From Chloroflexota bacterium (GTDB lineage Bacteria > Chloroflexota > UBA11872 > VXOZ01), in the NCBI GenBank assembly GCA_965221905.1, contig OZ244922.1, positions 1,216,001 through 1,280,000 of the forward strand: a DNA stretch of 64,000 nt. The letters run 5' to 3'. Below are positions 1-9,258 of this stretch, piece by piece (the stretch's first letter is position 1; every line of letters starts with the position of its first letter). Made by a program: the position numbers and the translations under genes. Under the pieces are notes generated by a model that saw nothing but the letters and a program-made list of their open reading frames with translations, did no database searches and had not been told where the DNA came from.

Positions 1-249
1 AAGGTGGGCGCCAAGCTCTTGGTGCAGGAAGACGGACGCACGCAGGGCACCATTGGCGGCGGCTGTGTCGAAGCGGAGGTGTGGAAAGAAGCTACGGCAG
101 CCCTGCGCGCCAAAGCTTCCCGTGTGGTCGAGGTGGACTTGAATGACGACGTAATGGGCGATGTCTGCGGCGGCACGCTTACCGTCTTCATTGACGTCTG
201 GCAGCCGGAAACTGCTGCTGCGGATGGTCGGAGCGAGGATGGGGCATAG
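1..249 (+). CDS. XdhC/CoxI family protein, 5'-truncated by window edge
   Basis: GAK..V..DG...GTIGGGCVE and C-terminal G.VCGG motifs of the XdhC_CoxI domain; frame open to base 1. Confidence 0.85.
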   Translation, partial: KVGAKLLVQEDGRTQGTIGGGCVEAEVWKEATAALRAKASRVVEVDLNDDVMGDVCGGTLTVFIDVWQPETAAADGRSEDGA

Positions 250-469
250 GCGGTATTGCCGGCGGAAATTACCTATCCAAACCGCTGTCTGTGCCAAATT
301 CCGTTTTCTGCGCCGAATCGATTCCGCTACCTGCTCGTGACCGCAACACACGAGCGGCCGCACTTGCAGCGAGGCCCCACCGCAAGAGCGGCATACGTCG
401 TATCCATCGATTTCTAAAAGAAATGCCTGCTACTATGATTGAGCGCATGGAATCCCATGGAGTACGCGC

Positions 470-1327
470 ATGCTAGACTTGGCGCGACACGTGGCCGCGG
501 TACTTGCACGTCGTCAGTCGGCAGTAATGGTTACCGTTGTCAACGCCCGCGGCGATGGCGGCGGAGCGACTCCGGGAGCCAAGCTCCTGTTCGCCTCTAA
601 CGCGCGGACCCATGGCACGCTGGGCTCTGAAGCTCTCGACCAGGTTGCGCGCGACCGGGCGGCGCACGTAATCGACGAAAGGGAACCGCGGCTCGCGCAG
701 TATTTGCCCGATGGGACCCCAGCGCCGCGACGCAGCCGGACCTACGTCCAGTTGCTCTACGAGCCGCTCCTACCGCCCGACCGCCTGCTTGTGATTGGCG
801 CCGGGCATATTGCTGTTCCAATGCATGAGATCGGCAAAATTCTGGGATTTGAAGTAATCGTGGTGGATGATCGGGCTGACTTTGCCACCAAGGAGCGCTT
901 TCCTAGCGCCGACGAGGTACTCTGCATCCCGTTTAGTACGGTGCCTGCGCAAATTACGATCGACCGCACGACCTATCTGGTGCTCGTTACGCGTGCGCAT
1001 GAGCACGATGAAGCAGTACTACGGCAGGTGGCGGATTCGCGGGCGCCGTATATTGGCATGATTGGGAGCAAGCGGCGGGTGATCACCGTTTATCGACGTC
1101 TCCTGGAGGAAGGGGTTACGCAAGAGCAGTTGCGCCGAATCTACGCGCCGGTAGGCCTCGCAATCAACGCGCGGACGCCGCAGGAGATTGCCGTTGCCGT
1201 CATGGCGGAGATAGTAAGTGTGAAGCGGCATGGCGAGGGCAACCACTCAGCGTTGCGGGAGTTGCCGCGCTCACTGCAGTCGGTTGCAGCCGCACCGCGG
1301 CCCCCTGTATCTTTACCGGAATCCTAG
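470..1327 (+). CDS. XdhC family molybdoenzyme maturation factor
   Basis: GAGHIA, DDR, TRAHEHD, YIGMIGSKRR, APVGL.I.A.TPQEIA motifs. Confidence 0.9.
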   Translation: MLDLARHVAAVLARRQSAVMVTVVNARGDGGGATPGAKLLFASNARTHGTLGSEALDQVARDRAAHVIDEREPRLAQYLPDGTPAPRRSRTYVQLLYEPLLPPDRLLVIGAGHIAVPMHEIGKILGFEVIVVDDRADFATKERFPSADEVLCIPFSTVPAQITIDRTTYLVLVTRAHEHDEAVLRQVADSRAPYIGMIGSKRRVITVYRRLLEEGVTQEQLRRIYAPVGLAINARTPQEIAVAVMAEIVSVKRHGEGNHSALRELPRSLQSVAAAPRPPVSLPES

Positions 1328-1466
1328 CTGCGCGCTCGTGGGGGATGCACAATTCTACGTGAAGTGATACTCTATGGTGCAATAGACTAGTGAGAGTTCG
1401 ATGTGCCCGCTATGGCTGTTTGGCGCGAATGGGTGCGGCAGAAATTAACGATATGTGGAGGGTTTC

Positions 1467-1883
1467 ATGAGAATAGTTGCAAGCATACTGCTTGTGCTAA
1501 TGGTGTTCGGTTTGAGCGCGTGCCGCATTGGGCCGACGGCATCAGACAGACCGTTAGGCGAATCCGCAGTGTTGGGCGAGCTCGATGTGGTAGAAGAAGA
1601 GCCGACCGATGTCGTTCTGACCATCGATGGTGAGGGCGTGTCGCCGTCTGCTATTGCCGTACCCCGCGGGCCGGTGCACTTGTTAATACAGAATGAGGCA
1701 CAGCAGTCGCGGACGTTTACGCTCTCCGGAGATGAAATTGAGGAACAGAAGGTGTCGGTCTCTGCCGGACAAAGCTACACTTTGGAGCTTGTCCTTCCAC
1801 CTGGGATATATGAGTTTTTTGTGACCGGTGGCGACACTGAGTTGCGCGGCGTTATTACGGCGAATATCCCCAACTCCATCTAG
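1467..1883 (+). CDS. cupredoxin-fold lipoprotein
   Basis: GGAGG SD before ATG 1467; lipobox LSAC; P..I.V..G.V.L.I.N...V.AGQS.TL...LPPG.YEFF pattern. Confidence 0.65.
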   Translation: MRIVASILLVLMVFGLSACRIGPTASDRPLGESAVLGELDVVEEEPTDVVLTIDGEGVSPSAIAVPRGPVHLLIQNEAQQSRTFTLSGDEIEEQKVSVSAGQSYTLELVLPPGIYEFFVTGGDTELRGVITANIPNSI

Positions 1884-1958
1884 ACCTCAGTGCGGTATGC
1901 GGCACGTTTTCTGACGAAAACGAGCGCATAACAACGGTACTAAAGAGCGAGAATGAAG

Positions 1959-1986
1959 AGGGCCGTGCAGGTTTCTGCACGGCCCT
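1959..1986. terminator. hairpin between convergent genes
   Basis: AGGGCCGTGCAG-gttt-CTGCACGGCCCT perfect 12-bp stem. Confidence 0.7.
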
Positions 1987-2000
1987 TGTGTTTCAGATTT

Positions 2001-4112
2001 TCAGTCTTTTCGTTCATAGCCCGGCATGAAGCCTTCGAACATGTCGCGCTTTTGCGTCCAGACACGGTCGCTCCAGCCATCCACCCCCGTGCCCCACTCC
2101 CAGGCCGGCAAGTCGGCAACGCGGTCAACGGTGGGCGCGATACCTTCCAAATAGTCGCGCGGCAGTGCGCCTTGGCATTGTGCCGGCGGCTCGATGTTGA
2201 GCAGATGACAGACGAGCGGCACGACGCTGGTCAAGTGCACGTAGCCCAGGCGATCGACCAGACGCCGATAGCCTTCTTTCAAGCCGGGCCCGTGCGTCAG
2301 GAGAAATGCCATGTTAGAGGAGAGGGCGGTGCGAGCGGTAGGCAAATACGGCCCGTGGTGCGCGCCGTACTCGGCCGGCTTAAAGACGTACGGGTCTTGT
2401 CCTGCCGCATCGCCGCCGGGATAGCCGCTGACATAGCCGTCCTCCATGGCATAGACGATGTCGCCGCACTGATCGCCCCAGCAGCCAAAGAGCGCGGCGT
2501 GGTACTTGGGCAGTGCTACGGCGACGGGACACTGTCCGGTCTCCTCATCCACCCACGAGCGTAGCAGCGTGATGACATCGCGCTGGATGCGCACGTACTC
2601 TTCCGAACCTTCCGGCGCGTTGATGAAGAGTTCGTAGTTGCGGACGGGAGTGATGAATACCTGCGTCCGGTCCATGTCGATCTTGGCAAAGTCTTCGTTG
2701 GGGTCGAAGTGCGCAATTGGCTCTGTGTAGGCTAAATAGCCGTTGTCATGGAGCAGGCGCGGGATGTCGGTGGCGCGGAACTGCGGAATGGCGGCGTGAT
2801 CGGAGACGACGATAACGGCAGTGTCCGCAGGCGTATTCTCCAGGAGCGTGCCGAAGAGGCGGTCGGCCACTTTGTAGGATTCGCGGTAGGCGCGCCAGCC
2901 CTCAGCGGCGTTCTCTTCGCGGTACCCGGGACAGGCGGGATCCACGAGCGGCAGGAAGATATGGTTGATGTAATCGAATATATGGATGTGGGTATAGAGT
3001 AACGCGTAGTCTTGCTCCTCGAGGAGGTACTTCCCTACACGGGCGATCCACTGGCATTGGTACTCAATCTCTTCGAGGCACGTATCCAGGTCGGCGATGC
3101 CCCAGACGTAGGGAAACACCGAGGCGTGTTCGAGATACGGCCCAAAGCGCTCGACCAATGTGCTGCTGAGTTCAGGCGGTTCGCAGAAGTCATCCACGTG
3201 CATGATTTGGGATCGGTAGAGCAGGAGACGACTCGCGTCGGGGGCGAGCTCGACGGCTTTGCAACGAAAGGCCGCTTGCTGTTCCGCACCTTCGACTATG
3301 AAGGTGCGATAGATCCAGTCGCTCCAGGAGCCCACGTGCGTGCGGCCGAGCTCCGTTTGGCCGTCGCGGGTCGCGTGGATTACGACGGTGTCGTATCCCT
3401 TGCCTGCCGTGTCGAGCACGAGACCCCAGAGAGTTTGATTCTCACCATCGCGCTTGGTGATGATTTCGATGGGGAATTCCAGCGGCGGCATGCTTCCGGC
3501 GGTACTTTCCGGCAGGTTCTGCCAGGTTCCGTCATCCAGTGGCGGCTGGTGGGCAGCATTCAAGAGCGACGCTTGTGCGCTTCCTGTTACGGTTACCGAG
3601 GCTCTGGCCGTTTGTAACCCGATCTGCGTGCTGTTGGTAACGTTTTCGAGGTTCGTGTAGCCCCACGCAGGTGTGACTTCGAACGGTGTAGTGCCGTAGG
3701 CGGGATGGCCGAACCCGTCGATGACGTGGGCGAGCGGCGATTGGCTCGGTGATGCCGCCGGATAGTGAATTGCGACGCTCTTGAGCCCGGCTTTCGCGGC
3801 CGCTTCGAAGACGTTTTCAGCCGCTGCCGCCGGGCGAATGAAGGCAGACAAGGTCTGCTCCTCGTGCCGGGGCGTTGGCAGGTTGAGAAACCAGCGCGAG
3901 ACGCTGTGCGTGCCGGTGTGCGCGCCCGTAGCGAGGGTAGTCCAGTTTGTAGGCGTCCATACCGGCATGGAGGGGTAGGCTTCGCCTACGATACCGGCAT
4001 CCGCCAGCTTCTTGAGATTCGGCAGCAGCCCCTCTGCGGCAAACCGCTCGTACATGGGGAACATCATGCCGTCGAGGCCTATGACGTAGACGCGCTTGAC
4101 CTGCTCCGTCAT
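2001..4112 (-). CDS. alkaline phosphatase superfamily (nucleotide pyrophosphatase/phosphodiesterase-type) protein
   Basis: VIGLDG, TPTNWTTLATG (Thr nucleophile), VVSDH motifs; AAGGAG SD before ATG 4112. Confidence 0.8.
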   Translation of the reverse strand: MTEQVKRVYVIGLDGMMFPMYERFAAEGLLPNLKKLADAGIVGEAYPSMPVWTPTNWTTLATGAHTGTHSVSRWFLNLPTPRHEEQTLSAFIRPAAAAENVFEAAAKAGLKSVAIHYPAASPSQSPLAHVIDGFGHPAYGTTPFEVTPAWGYTNLENVTNSTQIGLQTARASVTVTGSAQASLLNAAHQPPLDDGTWQNLPESTAGSMPPLEFPIEIITKRDGENQTLWGLVLDTAGKGYDTVVIHATRDGQTELGRTHVGSWSDWIYRTFIVEGAEQQAAFRCKAVELAPDASRLLLYRSQIMHVDDFCEPPELSSTLVERFGPYLEHASVFPYVWGIADLDTCLEEIEYQCQWIARVGKYLLEEQDYALLYTHIHIFDYINHIFLPLVDPACPGYREENAAEGWRAYRESYKVADRLFGTLLENTPADTAVIVVSDHAAIPQFRATDIPRLLHDNGYLAYTEPIAHFDPNEDFAKIDMDRTQVFITPVRNYELFINAPEGSEEYVRIQRDVITLLRSWVDEETGQCPVAVALPKYHAALFGCWGDQCGDIVYAMEDGYVSGYPGGDAAGQDPYVFKPAEYGAHHGPYLPTARTALSSNMAFLLTHGPGLKEGYRRLVDRLGYVHLTSVVPLVCHLLNIEPPAQCQGALPRDYLEGIAPTVDRVADLPAWEWGTGVDGWSDRVWTQKRDMFEGFMPGYERKD

Positions 4113-4271
4113 AATTCTCACTCCTTTTTGCGTCGGTTGTTCATCGGTCTTGGCAATCGGCGCCTGCGGCGAGCGGCACATCCTCACTGAGCGCTTGGCA
4201 AGGGACGAGCCTCAACCCCTATATAACTCTACGATGAGAGCAATCATGGGGATCACTCCGGCAGAAGTCTG

Positions 4272-4298
4272 GCGCAGGTTTTAAACCTGCGCTACCGG
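4272..4298 (-). repeat. GTAG-type REP palindrome
   Basis: ccgGTAGcgcaggttt-a-aaacctgcgc; near-identical copy at 56597-56622. Confidence 0.7.
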
Positions 4299-4428
4299 GA
4301 GGAGGTGGCGCTTCGCACGCTCGGTGTGTAGCGGCAGCCGTTCAATCGCTAACTTTGGATGAGTCCCGCGAATTGCACTTCCCAAGGTCTTACTGACAGC
4401 CATGATCTGCAGTGAACAATCAAGCGAG

Positions 4429-5346
4429 TTAGCGCGTGCCCATAGCGAGCAGCACCCAGTCACCCGCCTCTTTGCGGTCAAGCAGGTTAAGACCCTCCGC
4501 CTCAAAGGCTGCGAGCGCCTCGTCGGCCTTTGTGTCAATGATGCCACACGCGAGCAGGCGCCCGCGCGGCGCCAGCACTGCCGGCAGCCGGGGCGACAAC
4601 GTGATGAGGGACTGGGCGGTAATGTTGGCAAGGATAACGTCATAGGTGGGCGAAGGAGCGGGCAGCGGAAGTGTGCCTTCCATCACGGTGATGGTGTCGG
4701 TGAGACCGGCCTGCGCGACATTATCGCGAGCGGCGGCCACAGCCACCGGGTCCGTGTCCAGCGCGTCTACGCGCGCTGCGCCGAGCTTAGCCGCGGCGAT
4801 GGCCAGAATGCCGGAACCTGTGCCCACGTCAAGAACCTGTGCGCCGGTTACGGGCAGTTTTTCAAGCGATTCTAAGCAAAGCTGTGTCGTGGGGTGCGTA
4901 CCGGTGCCGAAGGCCATGCCCGGATCGAGCGCGATCACAATCTCATTGGGCTTGGGTTCGTAAGCTTGCCAGCGCGGCTTGACGACCAGGCGCTCACCGA
5001 CGTGAAGCACGGTATAGAATTGCTTCCAAGCATTGGCCCAGTCCTCCTCCGCTACCCACTTCGTGGTCAGTTCGCCGACCAGGTCGCCGTGAAAAGCGTG
5101 CAGGTGCCAGAGGTCTCTTTCCAGGCCGTCGCGGCGCGCGGCCGGCGCGATGGTATCGGGCAGATAAGTTGTGAGAGTGAGCCAAGCGCCGACCGGACGC
5201 GGGGCATGGTCGAGGGATTCTTGCTCGTGCTCCTGGAAGATCGCCACACCGCCCTCACCCCACTTATGCAACAGGGCCGCGACCGTTTCCGCCGCCTCCT
5301 CATGGGCCCGCACGGCAAGTTCCAGCCAACGCTTTGGGGCGTTCAT
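4429..5346 (-). CDS. prmA: ribosomal protein L11 methyltransferase
   Basis: EEDWANAWK, LDPGMAFGTGTHPTT, LDVGTGSGILAI, ILANI. Confidence 0.95.
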   Translation of the reverse strand: MNAPKRWLELAVRAHEEAAETVAALLHKWGEGGVAIFQEHEQESLDHAPRPVGAWLTLTTYLPDTIAPAARRDGLERDLWHLHAFHGDLVGELTTKWVAEEDWANAWKQFYTVLHVGERLVVKPRWQAYEPKPNEIVIALDPGMAFGTGTHPTTQLCLESLEKLPVTGAQVLDVGTGSGILAIAAAKLGAARVDALDTDPVAVAAARDNVAQAGLTDTITVMEGTLPLPAPSPTYDVILANITAQSLITLSPRLPAVLAPRGRLLACGIIDTKADEALAAFEAEGLNLLDRKEAGDWVLLAMGTR

Positions 5347-6221
5347 GGGTGCTGCCCGTCTGTTGCCGCGGCGAATGTGTTGGGATTCTCCAGCTCATGA
5401 AAACTGACGTCTGGGAAGTCCCGAAAGCGCCGCTGCATAATCGCGATGGCCTGCGGGTTATCGTCAATGAGCATGAAAGAGCGACCGCATTCGTGCGCTG
5501 CTATGCCGGTGGTGCCGCTGCCGGCGAAGAAATCGAGCACCGTATCGCCGGGATTGGAGGAAGCCCGAACAATGCGTCGCAGTATGCCGAGCGGTTTCTG
5601 CGTGGGGTAGCCGGTGCGCTCTTTGCCATTCGTCGGGACGATGGTGTGCCACCAGACATCTGTGGGGAGCTTGCCGCGCGCTGCCTTCTCCGGCCCCACC
5701 AGACCGGGAGCCATGTAGGGCACGCGATCAATGGCGTCAACATTGAAGACGTAGTTTCCGGAACTCTTTACATAAACGAGAATGTTGTCGTGCTTGGGCG
5801 GCCACTTTTTCTTGGTACGACCGCCGTAGTCGTAGGCCCAAATGATTTCGTTCAGGAAGCACTCTCTGCTAAAGATACGGTCGAGCAGCACCTTGCAGTA
5901 GTGAACTTCACGATAGTCGATGTGAAAGTAGAGCGTGCCGTGAGGTGCAAGGACGCGATACGCTTCGCACAAGCGCGGCTCCAAGAAGGATAGAAAGTCA
6001 TCGAATACATCGGCATAGGTGTGGCTGCCGATGGGAGTTGTACGGTACTGCTTGCCTTGGAAACCCTTGCGGTCGCCATTTTCAGCAGCGACCGTCTCCA
6101 AGCGCGTGTAGTGACGGTCTTTGCCGGTGTTAAATGGTGGGTCTATATAGATGAGGGGAAAAGTATCGTTGGGGAGCTGCTTGAGAATGGGAAGATTATC
6201 GCCGAACCAGACCTGGTTCAC
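5343..6221 (-). CDS. orphan N6/N4 DNA methyltransferase (beta class)
   Basis: YIDPPF precedes YPTQKP and LDFFAGSGTT; 4-nt overlaps with dnaJ and prmA. Confidence 0.9.
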   Translation of the reverse strand: MNQVWFGDNLPILKQLPNDTFPLIYIDPPFNTGKDRHYTRLETVAAENGDRKGFQGKQYRTTPIGSHTYADVFDDFLSFLEPRLCEAYRVLAPHGTLYFHIDYREVHYCKVLLDRIFSRECFLNEIIWAYDYGGRTKKKWPPKHDNILVYVKSSGNYVFNVDAIDRVPYMAPGLVGPEKAARGKLPTDVWWHTIVPTNGKERTGYPTQKPLGILRRIVRASSNPGDTVLDFFAGSGTTGIAAHECGRSFMLIDDNPQAIAIMQRRFRDFPDVSFHELENPNTFAAATDGQHP

Positions 6222-7339
6222 CCCAGCGCGTCCTTCATCTTATCGAAGAAGCCCTTATCGTCTTGCGGGCTTGTCTTGCCGCCAAGAGTCTTTGCCAGCT
6301 CTTGGAGCAATTCTCTTTGGTGGGTGGAGAGCCGATCCGGTACCTCTACGTGGACGTGAACGTGCTGATCGCCCCGGCCGCCGCCGTTCAGATGCGGCAC
6401 GCCGCGCCTGCGCAGGGTAAATACCGAGCCCGATTGCGTACCGGGCGGAATTTGCACGCTCTCGTTGCCTTCCAAGGTCGGCACTGCTACCGTGTCGCCC
6501 ATGGCGGCCTGGGCAAAGTTAATGAGATAGTCGAGGTGGATGTCATCGTTTTCACGCTCGAAGCGGTCGTCAGGCCGCACAGTGACGAAAACGTAGAGAT
6601 CGCCGCGGGGTCCGGTCCTGGGGCCGGCTTCGCCTTGGCCGCCCAGGCGGATACGCAAGCCACTATCCACGCCGGCCGGTACCTTGACGGAAATCGTGCG
6701 GTTCTGCTTGGTGCGCCCGCTGCCGGTGCAGGTGCCGCAGCGCACGGTCGGTACCTTGCCTTCGCCCCCGCAACGCGAGCACGTGGCGACGGTGGTGAAT
6801 TGTCCGAAGAAGTTCGATTGCATGCGCCGGACTTGACCTTGCCCTTTGCACGCCGGACAGGTGCCGATTTTGCTCCCCGGCTCTGCGCCGCTGCCTGAAC
6901 AGTCCGGGCAGGACTCCAGTCGAGAAACGTCGATGTCTTTCTCAGCGCCAAAGACGGCTTCCGCGAATTCGAGCGTCAGATCCATGCGCAGGTCGGCGCC
7001 CGTTTCCGGGCCGGTGCGTGCTGAAGGACGCGCGCCAACGCCGAAGAACGCCTCAAAGATATCGCCTATGCCGCCCATGTCCGAGGGGTCAACGCCTCGC
7101 GGCATGCCGCCGGAGCGACCGTTCGTGTGGCCGAAGAGGTCGTAGGCGCGCCGTTTCTGCGGGTCGCGCAAGGTTTCGTACGCTTCGTTGATCTCCTTGA
7201 AGCGCGCCTCGGCGTCCGCGGCCTTACTCACATCGGGGTGGTACTTTCGGGCGAGCTTGCGGAAGGCTTGCTTGACCTCCGCCTCAGATGCGTCACGGCT
7301 TACACCGAGCGTCTCGTAGTAATCGGCTTTCGTACTCAT
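6218..7339 (-). CDS. dnaJ: molecular chaperone DnaJ
   Basis: J domain with HPD, four CxxCxGxG repeats, C-terminal FFDKMKD. Confidence 0.97.
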   Translation of the reverse strand: MSTKADYYETLGVSRDASEAEVKQAFRKLARKYHPDVSKAADAEARFKEINEAYETLRDPQKRRAYDLFGHTNGRSGGMPRGVDPSDMGGIGDIFEAFFGVGARPSARTGPETGADLRMDLTLEFAEAVFGAEKDIDVSRLESCPDCSGSGAEPGSKIGTCPACKGQGQVRRMQSNFFGQFTTVATCSRCGGEGKVPTVRCGTCTGSGRTKQNRTISVKVPAGVDSGLRIRLGGQGEAGPRTGPRGDLYVFVTVRPDDRFERENDDIHLDYLINFAQAAMGDTVAVPTLEGNESVQIPPGTQSGSVFTLRRRGVPHLNGGGRGDQHVHVHVEVPDRLSTHQRELLQELAKTLGGKTSPQDDKGFFDKMKDALG

Positions 7340-7362
7340 CTATTCCTAGTTCACCATCTTGA

Positions 7363-7498
7363 GTTTTAGCGTGCACGGTGTCTACGCGTGCACGGTATTT
7401 ACACCTGCGCGGGGTCTACGCTTGAGCGACGTCTACGCTTGAGCGACGTCTACGCGTGAGCGACGTCTACGCGTGAGCGACGTCTACACTTGCGGGGC
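7363..7498. repeat. tandem array of ~8 x 17-bp units
   Basis: GTCTACGC(T/G)TGAGCGAC near-identical at 7414, 7431, 7448, 7465; degenerate copies at 7363, 7380, 7397, 7482. Confidence 0.9.
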
Positions 7499-8209
7499 GT
7501 CATTGCCGGTTTCTATCGCGTCAGTGTCAGCGGCGTCCTGCTCTGCATCGGCTTCCGGGCTCTGTGGCGGCGGTCCTACCTTGACGAGGCTGGGACGCAA
7601 TACACGGTCGTGCATTACGTAGCCCTTTTGCAGCTCTTCGAGCACAACTATCTCGCCGTCATTGTCCTCACCTTCGCGCATCACAACTTCGTGGTAGTTG
7701 GGGTCGAAGGGTTGTTCATGTGTGTCAATAGGCTGCAAGCCGCGCTTCTCAAGCACGTTGCGCGCCATTTGATGGACCAGGTCAACACCTTGCAGCCACG
7801 AGAAGAAGCGGAGTTCGCGGGGTATCGTGTCCAATGCCCGCTCGAAATTATCGAGAATGGGGAGGAACTCAGCGACGAGGAGCGCAGTCGCAAATTTGGA
7901 CTGCTCTTCCTGCTCTTGCTGCGTGCGCCGCCGAAAGTTCGCAAAGTCGGCACGCGCACGGGCAAGCGCTTCGCGGACTTGCTGCAAATCTTCTTCTTTG
8001 GCCCCAAGCGATTCGTTGGCAGCGGACAACTCGGCATTGAGGCGAGCTATCTCACTCTTGGCGGCGTCTCCCGGATCGGATGCCTCTCCGCTCTCGTTCG
8101 CAGGTTCCGCTGCTGCCGCACCCTGTAGGTCTTCTTCAGGGGAAGCAGCGGCTGCCATTTTCTCAGTTGAACTCTTCTTCTTGGTACTACTTGCTTTCTT
8201 TGACGCCAT
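7484..8209 (-). CDS. grpE: nucleotide exchange factor GrpE
   Basis: ARADFANFRRR, LPILDNFERA, FDPNYHE, LQKGY..HDRVLRPSLVKV. Confidence 0.95.
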   Translation of the reverse strand: MASKKASSTKKKSSTEKMAAAASPEEDLQGAAAAEPANESGEASDPGDAAKSEIARLNAELSAANESLGAKEEDLQQVREALARARADFANFRRRTQQEQEEQSKFATALLVAEFLPILDNFERALDTIPRELRFFSWLQGVDLVHQMARNVLEKRGLQPIDTHEQPFDPNYHEVVMREGEDNDGEIVVLEELQKGYVMHDRVLRPSLVKVGPPPQSPEADAEQDAADTDAIETGNDAPQV

Positions 8210-8454
8210 TTATCCTATCCTGCCGGCATGAAATCCATTGTGTGTGAGGGTGGGCTGTGGTTCTCCTGACTCCTAGTATACTCAATCTCCGCCTGAGAGG
8301 GAGAAGGGGGCCGGACGCGCCGATGCGTCCGTACCTTTGCTGTGCGTCACCAATCGCCGAATTGATAAGAGGCGAAGCTCACGTCCGGCATGGTTGGCTA
8401 AAGGGCTGCCAGGCAGACTGTCGGCTGCAGCGAAAGGTGGCACGCAATTCAGCA

Positions 8455-9258
8455 TCAGATTCCGGCAATGTCCCGTCGACGGAAGACGAGCGCCGCTGCT
8501 CCAAGAAAAACCAGGCTGGCGGCCAGCAGCACTGCAGGGTCTCCGAATGCCAGGTCTTCACGCAGGATAGCCAATGGTTCGAAGTAGTTGAACGGCCCCA
8601 AGATCCGGTAGTCGTGAAGGCCCTCGACGATGTCTGTGAATGCGTCGAAGAAGTATGCGCCTACCGTAAAGACGGCACCGATAACGCCGGCAAGCCGGCG
8701 CGACGGGAGCAAGGCGGAAAGGAATAACGAGAAGCAATAGAAGAGCGCTCCCACAGCAAAGGTGCTGAGGAGTACAAGGCCGAGACGATCGAGCGCCAGC
8801 ACGGCTTCTTCCACGAGGGCCGTACTCACCCAGAGCACCGCACCTATGAGCACGAGAACCAACGCGATGCTGAGCAGCGTAGCGATTGCTTTTTGTATGA
8901 CCACTTGGCTGCGCGCTATGGGAAGGGAGAGGAGCGTGTCCATGGTGCCGCGTTCTTCTTCACCCCGAAGCGCCCCAGTGCCCTCGATGATCGCGAAAAT
9001 TGCCAAGATCAACGGCAAGATGATCAAGTACTGCGACACCAGGTAGCCGTCGAACTCGGTCAGTGAGAGCACGCCGCCGGTAAAAGCCTTGTAGGCGTCC
9101 GGCAGGTTCTTCATGGCCTCCTCGACTTCAGCGCCGCTTGCTGCGAAACTGGGGTAGATTGCGATGACTAGCAGCGCGAGCGCGCCAAGGCCGAGTCCAT
9201 AGGCCAGGATTGGAATGCGCTGGTCACGCAGGGTCTTGAGCAGCAGATTCTGCAGCAT
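8455..9258 (-). CDS. ABC-2 type exporter permease
   Basis: multiple TM helices, GEEERGTMDTLLSLPIAR motif, C-terminal FRRRDI; start taken at MLQNLLLK. Confidence 0.88.
   Translation of the reverse strand: MLQNLLLKTLRDQRIPILAYGLGLGALALLVIAIYPSFAASGAEVEEAMKNLPDAYKAFTGGVLSLTEFDGYLVSQYLIILPLILAIFAIIEGTGALRGEEERGTMDTLLSLPIARSQVVIQKAIATLLSIALVLVLIGAVLWVSTALVEEAVLALDRLGLVLLSTFAVGALFYCFSLFLSALLPSRRLAGVIGAVFTVGAYFFDAFTDIVEGLHDYRILGPFNYFEPLAILREDLAFGDPAVLLAASLVFLGAAALVFRRRDIAGI

Noticed and set aside
1-1327. Selenium-dependent molybdenum hydroxylase system (xdhC + selD)
   Set aside because: No yqeB/yqeC or hydroxylase subunits in the window, and selD is about 15 kb away
7363-7498. CRISPR array (also considered for 17116-17225)
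   Set aside because: Units are contiguous with no unique spacers and there are no cas genes
8210-8455. CIRCE operator upstream of grpE
   Set aside because: No TTAGCACTC-N9-GAGTGCTAA found; the half-site near 56312 has no partner arm
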